This document shows positions 13,045 to 26,566 of a stretch of 64,000 nucleotides of DNA, piece after piece. How positions within the stretch are numbered: position 1 is the first letter of the stretch; each line of letters starts with the position of its first letter. The DNA comes from Psammoneis japonica (Eukaryota), in the NCBI GenBank assembly GCA_008632985.1, contig QPGO01000017.1:1-64000 (forward strand). Reading direction: 5' to 3'. Position numbers and translations under genes: made by a program. The notes under the pieces are model-generated. The model saw only the letters and a list, made by a program, of their open reading frames with translations. It was not told the DNA's origin and searched no databases.

Positions 13045-14688
13045 TCATTTCCCGCACATAACGGTTAGGATCGACTTTTTCATTACGACAATCAGCTTGT
13101 CAATATCTTTCTTTGTGTGAATTGCAGACACTGTCATTCGCAATGCTGGCGCAGGGATGGTGTGCATGTGGCCTACTACATGTCGACCCGTCGACACCAT
13201 GGCTACTCCGTTCTTCAAACAATCTTTTGCAATTGAGTCGAGAAGGGCAGTGTTTTTGTCATCATCATACACGTCCTTCTCTTCAGGAGATACTTCGAGC
13301 ATGACAATGGGTGACCGGTCGTCACTCACCAGTATCAGAGTGTCTTGCTTTATTGACGCGACCATTGCGGCAAGCTGCTCATACAGGTATCGTTTGTTTT
13401 CGTTGAGCTGCTCAAGAAGTACGGGACGACTTTGAATCTGTTTCAAAGCAGCCATGGCGGCAGATGCAGTGAACGGCGGACAAGAGGCACTGAAACAATA
13501 CCCTGCGCCACTCAGTCTCTGATGATCTACGACTTCCTCATTCCCGACCGTCACTCCCCCAATACTCCCCAAGGAGTTTTCAAGGCTAATGGTAACAATC
13601 TCTGCGTCGTACATGTGCTTCTTTCCGTACAGTTCTAAAACACCACGTCCATTTTTTCCCAGTGTCCCGAATGAGAACGATTCGTCCAGGATAAGTCGGT
13701 AGTTGAATTCATTCTTGAGGTCAACAAGCTCGGACAATGGTACAATAGTTCCAAGATTCTTGTAAAGACCTTCCACAACGATGAAACGTCTCTGGTCACT
13801 GGGTTTTCTACCAAGGCGCTTGTCCGTTGATTTTACAGTCTCTAGCACCCTCCGAAGATCTTCCATATCATTGTGTCGAAACCATTTAACATTGGCGCGA
13901 CTGAGACTAACTCCACTCACAATCGGTTCGTACACCCCCTCGTCAACGACGAGCAGATCGCCACGTTTAGCAAAAGCTGCAATCGTCGACGTCACAGTAG
14001 ATGCACCGTCCGAGTACATGATAGCTCCCTCTGTCTCTGTAAATTTCGATATTGCTTCCTCGAGCTGCAGATGCACATCGATAGTTCCATAAAAGCCCCG
14101 AGGACCGCACGATCCGCATCCATACGTTGATAGAGCCTCCTGTGATGCATCCTTGATGTATTTGCCAGGTCCATCCTTTTCATCAGCAAGACTAGTGCAC
14201 GACATACCTAGGAAATCGTGCGTGGCAAAGTTCAGCACAGTGCGTTTCTTCTTGGATCCATCGCAATCTTGTATCGTCATGGTCCGTCCGTTAAGCTCAT
14301 GAACAATAACGTTGGAACCCAGATGTGGAATTTGTGCCGCCTCCTGCTCCTGTGGCACCAGTCTTTTCCGACCACGCTCACGCCATTCCTCAATGAGTTC
14401 CTCCTTTTCGGCCTCGGTCAATTTTTCTCTTTTGTCGCCTCTCCATTCCTTGCTCTGACTCACAATAATGTAGATGATTGACAGAATTAGCGTTGTCTCG
14501 ATAAACACGTGAACTGGATCGTTGGTTACGAGGTTCAACCACCAGTTCTTATAGAGCGAAGGAATATTCGCGACAGAACGCCACATTTCAGAAACAGGTG
14601 GAAGATCAGGCACGGTGTGATTTGAAAGCAGCTTCTGGACGGTTTGACCGGCGCTGTACCCCAGTGAATAGATGTTAGGAAGTAACAT
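13045..14688 (-). CDS. LCB1: Serine palmitoyltransferase subunit 1 (LCB1/SPTLC1)
   Basis: 547-aa ORF; N-terminal TM segment; YGCGSCGPRGFYGTIDVHL; LILDESFSFG; ISLENSLG lacks the PLP lysine, as expected for LCB1. Confidence 0.93.
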   Translation of the reverse strand: MLLPNIYSLGYSAGQTVQKLLSNHTVPDLPPVSEMWRSVANIPSLYKNWWLNLVTNDPVHVFIETTLILSIIYIIVSQSKEWRGDKREKLTEAEKEELIEEWRERGRKRLVPQEQEAAQIPHLGSNVIVHELNGRTMTIQDCDGSKKKRTVLNFATHDFLGMSCTSLADEKDGPGKYIKDASQEALSTYGCGSCGPRGFYGTIDVHLQLEEAISKFTETEGAIMYSDGASTVTSTIAAFAKRGDLLVVDEGVYEPIVSGVSLSRANVKWFRHNDMEDLRRVLETVKSTDKRLGRKPSDQRRFIVVEGLYKNLGTIVPLSELVDLKNEFNYRLILDESFSFGTLGKNGRGVLELYGKKHMYDAEIVTISLENSLGSIGGVTVGNEEVVDHQRLSGAGYCFSASCPPFTASAAMAALKQIQSRPVLLEQLNENKRYLYEQLAAMVASIKQDTLILVSDDRSPIVMLEVSPEEKDVYDDDKNTALLDSIAKDCLKNGVAMVSTGRHVVGHMHTIPAPALRMTVSAIHTKKDIDKLIVVMKKSILTVMCGK

Positions 14689-15129
14689 GACAATGTCGCG
14701 ACAGAGAAAAGAAATGGCACGTGCTTCCAGGATTACGCCGCAACGGCAACCGACTATTGAACAAAAAGGATGGGAATTGCTTCCTTAAGCCACCTTCAAA
14801 GGCACTCAGTATGGCAATGCTGGGTGCTGAAGATAGCCGTCACCCGTCACCGTCAGTCACCTTTGCACGGGGCTTTTTGACGGAATTCACGTGCAACGTC
14901 ACCTAGAGTGGCGCGGGGGGAGGGGCAGACGCGGAGCAAGGGCGGAACTAACTGAGTCATGCAGGTAGGAAAAGGGATGGATTTCGAGTTGGGGTTGGAG
15001 AGTTGGGATTGTAGTTTGGTGGAGTAGCGGGTCAATTGGTCAGCGAGTGATTTAGTGATTGCAAGGCTCAGGCTTTGGAGACCCCCCACTGTGATGGGGT
15101 GGAAGCGTGGTGGGTCAAGTGTCATCCAT

Positions 15130-18100
15130 TGTTTGCGTTGCTGCCTGCATCATTCTGCGTGGGATGTTTCATTGTGAAATTTTGGTGCAGGCTGGTGAAT
15201 CTACATTTCCAATGTCAATTGAAGGATAAATGGTGTGATTGAAGTTGAACACATTTTCTCAGAGGATTCGATCATCACACGCCCACACGACAGATGGCGA
15301 CCAAACCGCCCCGCCAGCGCCCACCCTTTGTCATCCGGAGACACAGAAGCTCACGCAAAGATTGGGTGCCAGTTTACCACACACCAAATGAAGAACTTTG
15401 TGAGGTTGTGTCCAGAGAGACTGGACAGTGGGGGGGGATTCTTGTTCACAGCCTTGTCCGTCAATGACCCACTGGTGTGGGTTGTGACTGTGACTGTGGC
15501 TCTCTACAATTCAGCTGGATTGGCGGAGATGAGCAATGTTGTGCACCACGGCAAATGCCATGATTGCAAAGGCAAAGTTGAAATTGAGTTGGCAAGTTCA
15601 ATGATCTATCCTGCTGCCGCAGCCAGCAGCGCATCACCCAAAAAGGGCGTTGCTGGCACTTTGATTTGAAAGGGAAGGTTGCAGCTCCTTGCAGTTTTCT
15701 GGCACCTGCAATGCTTTCCAGAGTGCTTCCCAAATTTCCTTTTGGCACAACTCAGTTGACTGCAAAATTATGTTGGTGCTCACAGCATTGCTGTGGTGGG
15801 TCTTGGCCTGCTCCTCTTGTCACCTCAAGTGCCGCCAAGCTGTCAAGAGGCTCTTGTGGTTTCCAAATTGTCATGGTGGCATTGATTGCTTCCTGCTGAG
15901 CCTTTTTGACATCAAGCAGCTTTGGAGTGATTCAGATGTGAGGCAGCCCTGTCATTTTCCATGCCCCCATCATCACAGCTTTGTCACAGCAGAGCTCAAC
16001 AAGGCTCCTTCTGACACTGGTGTGGTGCACACTCTGGCGTGTTTTGCATGATGACTCGCCTCAACAGAAAACACCCCCAATGGAGCTGCGCTGCTGTCAC
16101 TTTGAACTTTGCTCTGACTCAATGGCTGGTCTTGGCTGCTGTGCAGCTGGAAACTTTCAGGATTTTTGGAATTTTTTGAGTTGGGCTGGGGCACAACTCT
16201 GCACACAGAACATGCCAGCCTCTCTGCAACTGTGCTGTTTTGTTGTGCCAACAGCAGGAACAGTTGCGAGGGATTGTTGCACCTTCTTCCTTGTTTGTTG
16301 TTTGCAGCCTCTGGTGTGGGGCATGCCAAGAAAAGAAGTGAGCAAGAACCCCAAGGTTGCTGCTGCCACCCACTCTTTTGTGACTGCAGCTGCTTTGTCC
16401 TCTTTTGCTGCTCTTGCTCACTTGAGGTGGGATTTGCTGAAGCTCCTGTTTTGCTGTGGGCTTCATTTCTCAGCAGCAATGAACAACAAAGATGGTGTTG
16501 CACTTCATCATTTTTGCAGTTTCTTTTGCCAGTTGACTGCACTCATTGTTGTGGTGGAAAGCAGTGCTGCACTGCAACTTCCCTGGAGGATGACAAATCA
16601 CAGTGCTCAAAGACTGGTGGTCACTCACTGGGCTCCAAACAAATTTTCCTTTGCTGCACTGCACTGCTGCTGATCTCACTCTGGTTTGAAGGGTCCACAT
16701 GCAAGAATTGCCATTGCTTGGCAGCTCTGTCTTTTTTGGCAGTGGCAGCTTCTCCTTCCAAGATGACAGTGACAGCAAACTTTTGCTCATTCTGTTTTGC
16801 CTTCTTTCCTGGTGTGATTTTAAGAAGCTCCCACCAGCAACAGCAGCAGTGGAAGGAAAACAACAGAAGTGGTGTCATGAGCACAATGGAGGTGACCATG
16901 GTTGCCAGCAGCACAATGCCTGCAGCTTTGCTTCAAGATCCACCACCTGCTCTTCTGTGTTGGCAACATCCAACTGGGCTTCCACATCATTTGTGTTCAT
17001 TGCAGTCTTGTGCAGGTGCCTGTGAAACAGGCTTCTGCAGCAAAGGCACATGCAGAGTCAAGGCACTTCTGCTCATCATCCAACAACAGGCTTTTTGCAC
17101 AAATCCTTGCTGTCCTCTTGCAGCTCTTGCACCTTGGAGAGAATCCAGCAGTCTTTTGCAATGAGTCATCAGCAGCCTGAGCTCTGGCTGAGAGTCAAGG
17201 CAAAATTTTTCTGTGGAAACTTTGGCCTTCTTGCTTGATGACAGCCTTTTCTGCAGCTCAATCTTTTTGGCAAGCTCCTCATTCTTGATTTTCAATTTTG
17301 TGATCTTGGTGTGTGTGCCATCTGAGGGTGCACTCTCCAGGCGTGACCTTGTTGGTGGTCTTGAAATGCATTGGAGCAATGACAATGGCATGCAGAGCAG
17401 CCTGGTGCTTGAGAGCCAGACTCTCCAAAGGCCTTTTGCTGATGGGAGCTGCGCAAGCTGAGGGATCATCTGATGCAAGGAGGGCAATCTTAAACAAGGC
17501 TGGTGCACTCCAGCCCCTGCCAGGAAGGACTCTGAGTGACACAAGCCTGCAGAGGTCTCCTGTGCACTAGCTCCACAGCTCACACACTGGGCAATGGATG
17601 CATCACATTTGTCTTCAACATCTTTTGCAGTGCCATCACACCTCTTCATGCTCAAATGTTTTTGTGGTCCGTTTGTGCCAGGTGCCCCCCCCCCCCCCCC
17701 CCCCCCAACATCAAAGAGAACCACTTTGCACCAAAACTGTCAAAAAAGTTGTTGAATGGATCAACCAATGAGTGCACTGCAAAGTGATGCAAAATCAATC
17801 TGAAATGTGCACACACAAGCCAACACGTGGCACATGATTCAAAAAACCGCAACATCACAACCGAGCAGTGTGATGCCCTCGCTTGTTTTGCCCAGAGCTG
17901 GAAGATGCTGGCTGAGGAATGCAGCCTGGCTGGTCTTTTGTGACAGGCTCAACAATCACATGCTCATGCAAAGTTTGGCTGTCAGATCAAATGATGCCAC
18001 ATCAGGGGTTGGGACTGCAGGATGCAAAGAGCCCATCTGTCAAACAGATTGATGTCAGCAAAATGACAGCAACACAAAACAATGTTTTTGGCACACCAGC

Positions 18101-21100
18101 AGCCCACTGTGGGGCATGCTCATTCCAGCCCCAGGTGAGCACCTCTTGGCAATGCCACTTTTGAACAGATGTCTCATGTTCTTCATCATGTGTCAAGAGC
18201 TGAGTGTCAACAAAAAGCTTGAAAGGGCTGGCTTGCAATTTCTTGAAGTGTGTGAGCAAGTGTGTTTTTCTTCAATCTCCAAGAAAGCCCTCATTGCACA
18301 TGTGCTGCATCATTGTGTTCATCCTGAGAGTCCAGACTGATTGAGTTGGCATGACACAAGCATTGTTTGCACAAAGTGCCCCCACAGGCATGGAAAAATC
18401 ACCACACAATGATGGCAAAATGACACGGCAGCCACATGCGTGGCTGGAGCACATCTGACTGCTGCAACATGGGCCAAGAGTGGCAACAGGCAAGCAACCT
18501 GTGGGTGCTGGTGCAGCACTGGTCTCTGGACACAAGCTTGCTTGCACATGATTGCACATTAGAAACACATCTGTTTGAATGACAAGCTGCACTGCAACAC
18601 CCGCACCATTGGCAAATTCTGAAAATGAACATTTTTGCACACACCAATGGCAAGAAAGCCAGGTTGTTTGTGGACAAAGACATGACCATCAACTTTTTGC
18701 ATGTGCAATTTGTCATGGGCTTTGCTGAGGTTTTGGCCACCAATCAAGAGAAACTGATTGGTCATTGCTGGTGAGCTGTCAACTTTGACTGACAATTGAA
18801 AGAAGCACAGATGCATCTGCTGATGCATCAAGCTTGAGAATGTCTGCAGACATGCTCCATTGTCATCATGTCTGACCTCTCATCACAGCTCAGCTGGGGC
18901 TGATTGACTTGCTTGCTTTCTTTTGAACAGCCATCAACTTTGATTTTTCCAGCACATTTTTTCTTGCTTTTTTTTGCCAGCACAAACCTGGTGGACAGCT
19001 GTTGTTGATCACTTGACATTTTTCCACTCATCAGATTTCAAAGATGTGAGTGAGCACACCTGCAGCAATGAACATTTGCAAACAGCATCATTCAACTGCC
19101 TGCTCTTTGCAGTTTTTGAGGCAGCATGCTTGTGCAGGAACCCTTTTTGGAGTTTCAGCACTGGCATGGTCAATGGCCATTGAAGTGGTGCATGCTGCTT
19201 GGCATCTCATTGCATCTCAGGTCATCCAGCATCTGCTGTGCCACAGCTTGCACCATGAGCCAGCAAGATCAGCACTTTGAGCAATGCAAATTGAGTGCTG
19301 CTGAAGCTGACATGATTGAAGGGGTGTGGCAAATGATTTGATGAAAGAGTTGTTCTTTCTGATGCACCCAGAGTGCAGCTCTTGTTTGAAAAAAAAAAAT
19401 GGTGGCCTTGTTGATGCACCACACAAAATGACAGCAGCTCTTGTCTCACAAGAACATTGGTGGCAGAGAAGCCATTGGGTGATGGAGCCTTGTTGATGCA
19501 TCACACAAGATGACAGTCATGATGACTGGGCTCACAAGAATGAGAGCAAAACCCAGGTGGAACAAAATCATGTGTTCCCCCATCCATGTGGGGATGACAA
19601 ACACAATGGATCTGAGCAACAAAAGTGCTTGAAATTGCAAGGTTGCAAAAGGACAAAACAGCTCACTCTTGCCTGCTGTTGACAGAAGAATTTTTTGTTC
19701 AAAAAAAGTGAGAAAAAATCACATCATGTCATTTGGAAGTGACAAATGGGTGGTCAATTTTTTGTTCAGTGTTTCTTCTTGTTCCCCTTGCACAACTTAG
19801 TGCAACCCCCCATGCTGAAAGCTGGGATGATTGCACCAAAACAAAAAGCCATTTGCACTCATCCAGCCTGCACACCAATGCAACACCTCACCCAACCCAT
19901 CATCTTGATCCCACCATCACCTCTGCCACCACCAGCCACAGCCTCTCTCAGGTGACACAGGTGCACTTCCTGCAGATTTTGTTGACCACCTCCTCATCTG
20001 TGAAACCCAGAGAATGCGGTGCTGAGGAACTCAACACAACTGATTCAAGCCACTTGGGAGAAGCAACAATTAAGGGCCAAGTCTGTTTGTGAGACTCTGC
20101 TTGTTTTGTGCCACAGTCCTCCTCTCACCTGCTGACATCTCACATTTGATCTTCTTCATTCAAGGATGAGTTGCAACAAAGAGGAGTGGCTCAGGAGTGC
20201 ACCACACACAATGCAGAGGCTGACAATGATGTGACTGAAACAATGAATGTCAGTCAAGGAGGCTCAACAACCACTGGTTGCACCCAAGATTTGCTTGACA
20301 AGCACATCCTCATGCCAAGAGAGAAAAGACTGGCACTTGTCAATGGCTCAAAAACACATGACATTGATGACCAATGAGTGGCCATTGGGTGGCTTCCATT
20401 TGGGCAGGATTGCCTCCCAAGCCAACAGCAGCAATGATGCAATTCTGTCAACGACTCTTTTGGACACTTCAAAGTGTCTGGGGGTGAAGCACAAGCTGTG
20501 CATGAAGTTCAGCCCCAGGCAGCTGGACATGTTGTTCTTGCATCTGGGGTTGGAAAACATCATGCTCTTCAATGAGCTTCCTGCAGATGACCCCACAAGT
20601 TCTGCAAATGGCACAAGAGAGTCTAACCCTGATGGTTCTTGCTCAGCATCTTTGCTGTGTTCTTTGATTTTCAAACAAGCAGCCCGCAATGTGCTGTCCA
20701 TGAATTCAAATGTCCCTCTTTTTGGAAAACCCTCCAAGAAGTGACCCCTCCTTGATGACTTCCAACAAGCAAGCTCACACCAGGGCAGCTCAAGCTGTGG
20801 AACAGAGCCTGTCCAGCCTTCTCTGGCTCCTGAAGCTCTCTCCTCCACCACCACCTTGCTTCCAGCCTTGGCCAATGACAAACATGGTGAACATGCACCT
20901 GAAACTCATGGATGTGCTGCTGCCACTCCACCCTGGCTGTGGCTCTGGAGAGGGTGTGATGACTTGAGGTCAGCTGGGTCAAAAGGTGATGCATGCCTCA
21001 GCGCACTTCTTCTTTGAGAGAGGAGGAGGAGGAGGTTTTGAGGTCAGCAACAAGTGATGGTGTTGCCTTTCAAGAAGGAAAGTCGATCGCTCTGCACATG

Positions 21101-21910
21101 GCGCCTCTTGCTGGCATGTGTGCAGTGCACTCAGCTTTTGACACATTCTTTCAAGATGAAAGCAAAGAGCAAATGGGAAAACAATGCATCAACAACAAAT
21201 GCCCAGTTTGTTTGCTTTTTCCATCAACTCGGCTGCCACTTTGGGTGCTCACTTGTTTGGAAACAGTGCATGATGTCGGGAGCTCCCACCGAAGATCCAT
21301 GAACCACTTGATTGACAAAAGTGGCGCCACAAAGGCTTGACACAGAAGGAGCCACCCCAACAGTGGGCATGTCAGAAAAGCAAAAACAAAGTGATGCAAA
21401 CAGTCCCTTGTCACCAATGGAGCCACCCACCAGCTGGTCTGAAGATTGCTGCACACACTTGCGCCAGCGAAAAATCCCACATCCATGCCAGCTGCATTTT
21501 TCTGGTGTCTTCAGTCATTTGCAATGGGGACACTTCATTCAAGGCAATAAAAACCTGTTTGTGTTTACACCCAATCATGCCAATCTGAAATGACACCATT
21601 TTGCAAAACATGGGAGCCGACCAAGAGCCTCTCTCTCTCTTGGCTGCACTTGACAATGATGCCGGCGCTGCCACCTGTGCAAGAGAGAGAAAGCAATGAT
21701 GTGATGACAGCATTGTTTTCAATGATGAGGAACTGTCTCGTCCCACATCACTGAAATTGCACTCAAAATGAAACACGACACTTGCCACCACCATTGAGAA
21801 CAAGGCTGACATCTGTCACAGCAATGCCAGGGCAGCTCCAGCACACTTTTGAAAAACAGACTGGTCAATCTTGTCACACCGATCCACCGCACTGATGGCA
21901 TTCTCAACAC
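15130..21910. other. TpA- and CpG-depleted decayed-repeat block B (source elements not recognised)
   Basis: About 10 TA in 15800-21900 by manual count; ORFs in all frames are nearly Tyr-free and Cys/His-rich. Confidence 0.9.
17685..17706. repeat. Poly(C) tract, 22 nt
   Basis: Direct observation. Confidence 0.95.
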
Positions 21911-21926
21911 ACATACCCACGGTGGC

Positions 21927-21955
21927 TTGTTGTTGTTGTTGTTGCTGTTGTTGTT
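21927..21955. repeat. (TTG)n microsatellite
   Basis: Direct observation. Confidence 0.9.
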
Positions 21956-22068
21956 CATGGGTTGCACTTGGTGTTCACGTTTTGTTGTTGTGTCTCGAAC
22001 AAAATCGTGAATCTCCCTCCGACCGTACAGGCGGACGGACGGATTTTTGTTTCTGAGATAGTTGCGTT

Positions 22069-23201
22069 ATGTTGGTGATCATAAAGCTAATCGCAATGAT
22101 GCAACAAAACTGTCGTCATTCTTGTCTGCTTGTTTTCATGCTTACATGCTACTTGACGACGACAAGAGCCTTTACTTCCACGACGAGTCCTACTTTTGCA
22201 ACGAATGGACTGCCTTTGCAGAGACAAATGAGTACTTCTTCTTCTGATTTGGTGTTACACACTCCGCTGATACATTCTCGTGTGCTGTCGGACTTGTGTG
22301 AACGACCCGTTTATTTAAAGCTGGACGCATTGCAACCATCGGGTTCATTCAAGGACCGAGGCATGGCGCACTTGGCACAGAGTCTTCCGGAAATCAACAA
22401 ATTTATTTCCAGTTCGGGCGGAAACGCGGGACTCGCCATGGCAACCGTGGCTGCCTCGTTGAAAAAGGAAATTCACGTGGTGGTTCCGACAACCACAAAG
22501 CCGCTTGTTGTTGAAAAATTAAACAGCTTGGCGCTACCGTGACAGTACATGGGGAAAATTGGAATGCGGCAGATGCCTTGGCGCGACAATTGGTGGAGGA
22601 CGATACATCTGCATACTATGTAAGCCCGTACGACAATCCCCTCTTGTGGACGGGACATGCGAGTTTAATTACAGAGCTTGTTGAGGATTTGAAAGACACA
22701 CCCGTCTCTGCCATTGTCGCCAGTGTCGGTGGTGGTGGCTTGTTGTGTGGTATTTTGGAAGGACTGGAAAAACACGAGTTGAACTGGACTGTTGTTTCGG
22801 CTGAAACCGAGGGAGCCGCGAGCTTTGCAATGGCCAATTACAATTCCGATTTTAAACTTGAGGCAATCGACTCAGTGGCGACTTCGTTGGGTGCACTCCA
22901 AGTCACACCCGTGGCACTGGAACGTGCCAAGCAACACGACGGTACCGTCTTGGCCACGACGTGTACCGATGCCGAAGCGGTCGACGCCTGTGTTCAATTT
23001 GCATCCCATCATCGCATCCTGGTGGAACCCGCCTGTGGCGCGGCACTGGCCGTCGTGTACAGTAAACGGCTGCGAACAGAATTGTTGGAAACGCTGCCAA
23101 ACGATGGCGCCATTGTCGTGCAAGTGTGTGGAGGAGGTGGCGTAAATATGGAACTGTTGCAACAGTGGAAACATCAATATCTGGAAAGTGACAAGGAATG
23201 A
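22069..23201 (+). CDS. PLP-dependent L-serine/threonine dehydratase, probably plastid-targeted, with one frameshift at ~22521-22523
   Basis: LQPSGSFKDRG (PLP Lys), SSGGNAG, SVGGGGLLCG, LVEPACGAALA; leader ending TTRAF; adding one A restores KLKQLGATVTVHG across the two ORFs. Confidence 0.88.
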
Positions 23202-24113
23202 ATTAAAGTATTGTAGAAGCAATTACCGAAAACAAAAAAATATTATGGATATTGGCTGTAATACTGCATTTTCTCGCCCTCTCCCCAATTTTCACTGGTT
23301 CGACAACCACTCCTGAGTTTAGCCTAATCGCAAAGCTTGTGGATTAGCTCTCTTTTGATAGTGGTGTCCGGTTTCCAACACACAAATTATTGAGACTGCA
23401 ATGCATAGCACGATTATAATCTCTCATGTCTACTATCCCATTTGGCAATCATTGGTTCAACAGGTGCATTGCAAAATACAGCTCACCAGGACGGTTTTGA
23501 GATTGTACCGTGTTGCAAGCTCACAGAGTGGAAAATTACCCGTAGAGCGAGTGTGAAGAACATTCATATATCGTAAACGCCTTAGCATACCGTACTCCAG
23601 GGACGACAGATTTGTCTCAGGAGGACAGCGGGGTCGAGGAAGAAGACCAGGTTGTCGAATCAGCACGATGAAGCTGCGTTTCTAATACAACGACTAGACG
23701 AGAGGAAGCAGAAGATCCGCACGAAGACTCATCCCGACTTGACGACCGCCTTCTGTTTCTGAAGCTCTGAGACAAGCAGAAGCCTCTTCTTCATGTCTCT
23801 GTTCTTGAGAATGACATGGCAACGACGACACGACGCTTGATTATCCTGACTTGTCTTATGCTTCTTTCGCCCCGGAAACTGCGCTGTGGAAAGAGACGAT
23901 GCGGTGGACGTGCCCGCAGACCGATCGGATGAGGGCGAAAATCGTACGGTGTAGCAGTAGACGGATCCTCTCGTACATTCCAGGTTTAGCCATGCTGCTA
24001 GTACGAATGTCTCGACTCATAGATGGCTCTTCTTCGTCGCCTTCCTGATAATGCCGTTGATGATGCTCTCATGAATGAGTGATGACGGCTGACACTCTTC
24101 ATCCACAGTCTTA

Positions 24114-26090
24114 TTACTTGGATCCAAAAAAGGATGCGATCGTTCCTCGCTTTTCTTTCCTGCGTCGATTCTTCTGAGACTCGATATCCATCATCACTGA
24201 TAATCTGATGCTTTCAGGAAGCTCTTCCAAAACGACAGGGTCAATTTCATCCATGCTCGGTAGTGCCACAGCTGAGGGAATCGCGCTCGATCCAGAAGCG
24301 CTATGCAGTCTTCGTACCTCAGATGGGCGAGGAAGAAAATGGTGCAGCGTTTTCCTTTTCTTCGGCTGCCTCTCCAACACCTCACGGGATCGGAGTGTCG
24401 TCGCAAATCTACCACATGACTTTTGTGCGACTTCTGGGTCACCAAAGACCCTTACAACGGGTTGCCCATCATTGGATGCATCTTCAACTTGCACTTTTTG
24501 ACATTGGGAGACGCGCTTGAAGGCGTCCATGATAGAGGACGGACCGGCGGCCACATCAACAAATGACGTCGCCGTCACGGCCATGCCAACAATAGATATT
24601 GAATCGCAGGAAGTTTGGGTGCGAGATTTCGACGCGTCCAAGAGTTCGATTACCAGCTGAAGGGCAACCTCCCTGTACTGTTCTAGTTTCTTGGGGGCTC
24701 GTCGCGACTTGGATGAGTGCTTCTGTTGTTCATTTGTGCGAACAGAAACCACAAGCAAAGATGGGAAACGGTTGTTTTTCAGCTGGTCTGCTTTGACACG
24801 TTCGGTCAACTCGCCACATAACTCGCTTGTCCATTTACGGCACGCTTCATGGTCGGTGGCTGCAATAGCTAGTTTTCCACGAAACGTCTTGCTACTTTCA
24901 ATTGACTTGACCTTTGTCCTTTCTGCCACTGGGTCGCGACATATCCCTCTTGCAATATCGTACAGGAATCTGGCTGTCGGTTCATTACCAGAAAGAGTTG
25001 AAATCAAGCTTGCTAATGGCACACTGGCCAATTGACCCACAGTTGCAATGTTAAGTTTCGAGCTGATCTCGTCTCCGAATTTGCCACCCAATCCTTTAAT
25101 GCGGCCAAGTGGAAGAGGGTGGAAAAGCTTTTCAAGAGCACCGTTCCTATCCATTTGATTGATTAAAGTTTGTCGGTTTGGCTTTTTCAAACCGGATGCT
25201 AGTTTGGCCAGTGTCTTGTTGTTGGAAATACCCGCCGACAGCGTAAAGACCCCACCGGAAAATGATTTCAAGACTGCGTCGCGAGCCTTGGTCGCAAGAA
25301 ACGCTCCGCATGCTAGTTGAATCTCAACACTCGTCCATTCATTCAGTTTTCGATGCCACCAGTCGTCACTTCCAGAATCGATCGACACCGCTGATGAGTC
25401 CAGAACCTGTAGGTGCGACCCACGTCGGAGCTCATCTTTCTCGAGCGCATTTGCTGCTTCAGCGGCATGTGACAAAGTTTCCACACCTCCAATGGTAGTG
25501 CACCTCGACGCATGGTCAATAATGTCTTTCCATTCCTGAGGATCTATTTCAGCACTCGTAAGACGATCAGCCATGCTACGGCACCCATTGGTTACGTCCG
25601 CATACACTTCATCAATCGATGCAATCTCAACGTGGACGTGCTCCGCCGTGACTTTCGCACACTCTTTCCTCAAACAAGCTGAAAGAGTTTCCATCACTCT
25701 AGCACTTGCATTTCTGTACATCGTCAAGTCTGCTTTGCCGTGTTTTGTGGGCACTTGAACTATCCTAAGTTCTGGACACTTACTTAGCGCTTTCATTCCT
25801 CTGTCGTTTCGACGGACTCCTGCTGCTCGTGCTTCGTACGAAACTGCAATCAGACTCCCGTTGCAGTTGTCCTTACAGACACGCCCTGGACGCACTACAA
25901 GGCGCTGGTCCACATTATGAGAGGATCTCTCTTCCAGTTTCCCATATGGATTGTACTGACTTACAGCTAGAGGCACACCCCGCAACTCGTCGTTTAGCTC
26001 ACGTTCACATGCAACGTAGAATGCGTCAAGGTCAAAGTGAATCACCACTCTTTGATCCTCGAGCGTCTTTGATTGACTATGCTTTGACAT
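24114..26090 (-). CDS. POLH: Y-family DNA polymerase eta
   Basis: HFDLDAFY, AVSQY, IAVSYEAR, GKADLTMYR, SIDE, AKLASGLKKPNRQT, GLGGKFG; C-terminal UBM-like IDPVVLEELP and PIP-like TIASFF. Confidence 0.92.
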   Translation of the reverse strand: MSKHSQSKTLEDQRVVIHFDLDAFYVACERELNDELRGVPLAVSQYNPYGKLEERSSHNVDQRLVVRPGRVCKDNCNGSLIAVSYEARAAGVRRNDRGMKALSKCPELRIVQVPTKHGKADLTMYRNASARVMETLSACLRKECAKVTAEHVHVEIASIDEVYADVTNGCRSMADRLTSAEIDPQEWKDIIDHASRCTTIGGVETLSHAAEAANALEKDELRRGSHLQVLDSSAVSIDSGSDDWWHRKLNEWTSVEIQLACGAFLATKARDAVLKSFSGGVFTLSAGISNNKTLAKLASGLKKPNRQTLINQMDRNGALEKLFHPLPLGRIKGLGGKFGDEISSKLNIATVGQLASVPLASLISTLSGNEPTARFLYDIARGICRDPVAERTKVKSIESSKTFRGKLAIAATDHEACRKWTSELCGELTERVKADQLKNNRFPSLLVVSVRTNEQQKHSSKSRRAPKKLEQYREVALQLVIELLDASKSRTQTSCDSISIVGMAVTATSFVDVAAGPSSIMDAFKRVSQCQKVQVEDASNDGQPVVRVFGDPEVAQKSCGRFATTLRSREVLERQPKKRKTLHHFLPRPSEVRRLHSASGSSAIPSAVALPSMDEIDPVVLEELPESIRLSVMMDIESQKNRRRKEKRGTIASFFGSK

Positions 26091-26566
26091 TATCAAAGAT
26101 TAAAAACCAGGTAAGTTCACTACGCTTTTGTAAATTCGCGCCGCTGCGAGGGGCATTGCCGATTGCTGAGGAGCGAGTCCGTCTGGAGTCTGCTGGAGGC
26201 AGGGCGAGCGAATGGATGGCGCGGGACGTGCGACGACAGACACCAGGTATTTTTTATGTAGAAACCTACATACTGTAGTCCTATATTGCACGATAGTATG
26301 TCAAAATAGAATGTCAGACACGCAGACAACCAGCGCTTTTTTGGAGGGAATTGCGCCGGAGGGAGCTCGAGCAAGATCCAGTGTATGAAAAAAGCGAAAC
26401 AAGACGACCACGACCAGACAAACGGTATGTACTTACTATTAGAGGCAATCACGAACTGCATTCTTCTTGTTGCTAACCGATGAAAAGAGACGATCAGTGA
26501 GGATTCAGGGTCCCGAGTTAGGTAACTGTAAGAGGTAGGGTCCTGCCAAAAGAAAGGCGAGCTGCG

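Noticed and set aside
1640..21910. Classical fungal RIP
   Set aside because: RIP depletes CpA/TpG and enriches TpA and AT content; the pattern here is the opposite.
23457..24110. Coding-looking sequence downstream of Pol eta
   Set aside because: Stops in the frames examined, no recognisable motif, and no convincing splice model.
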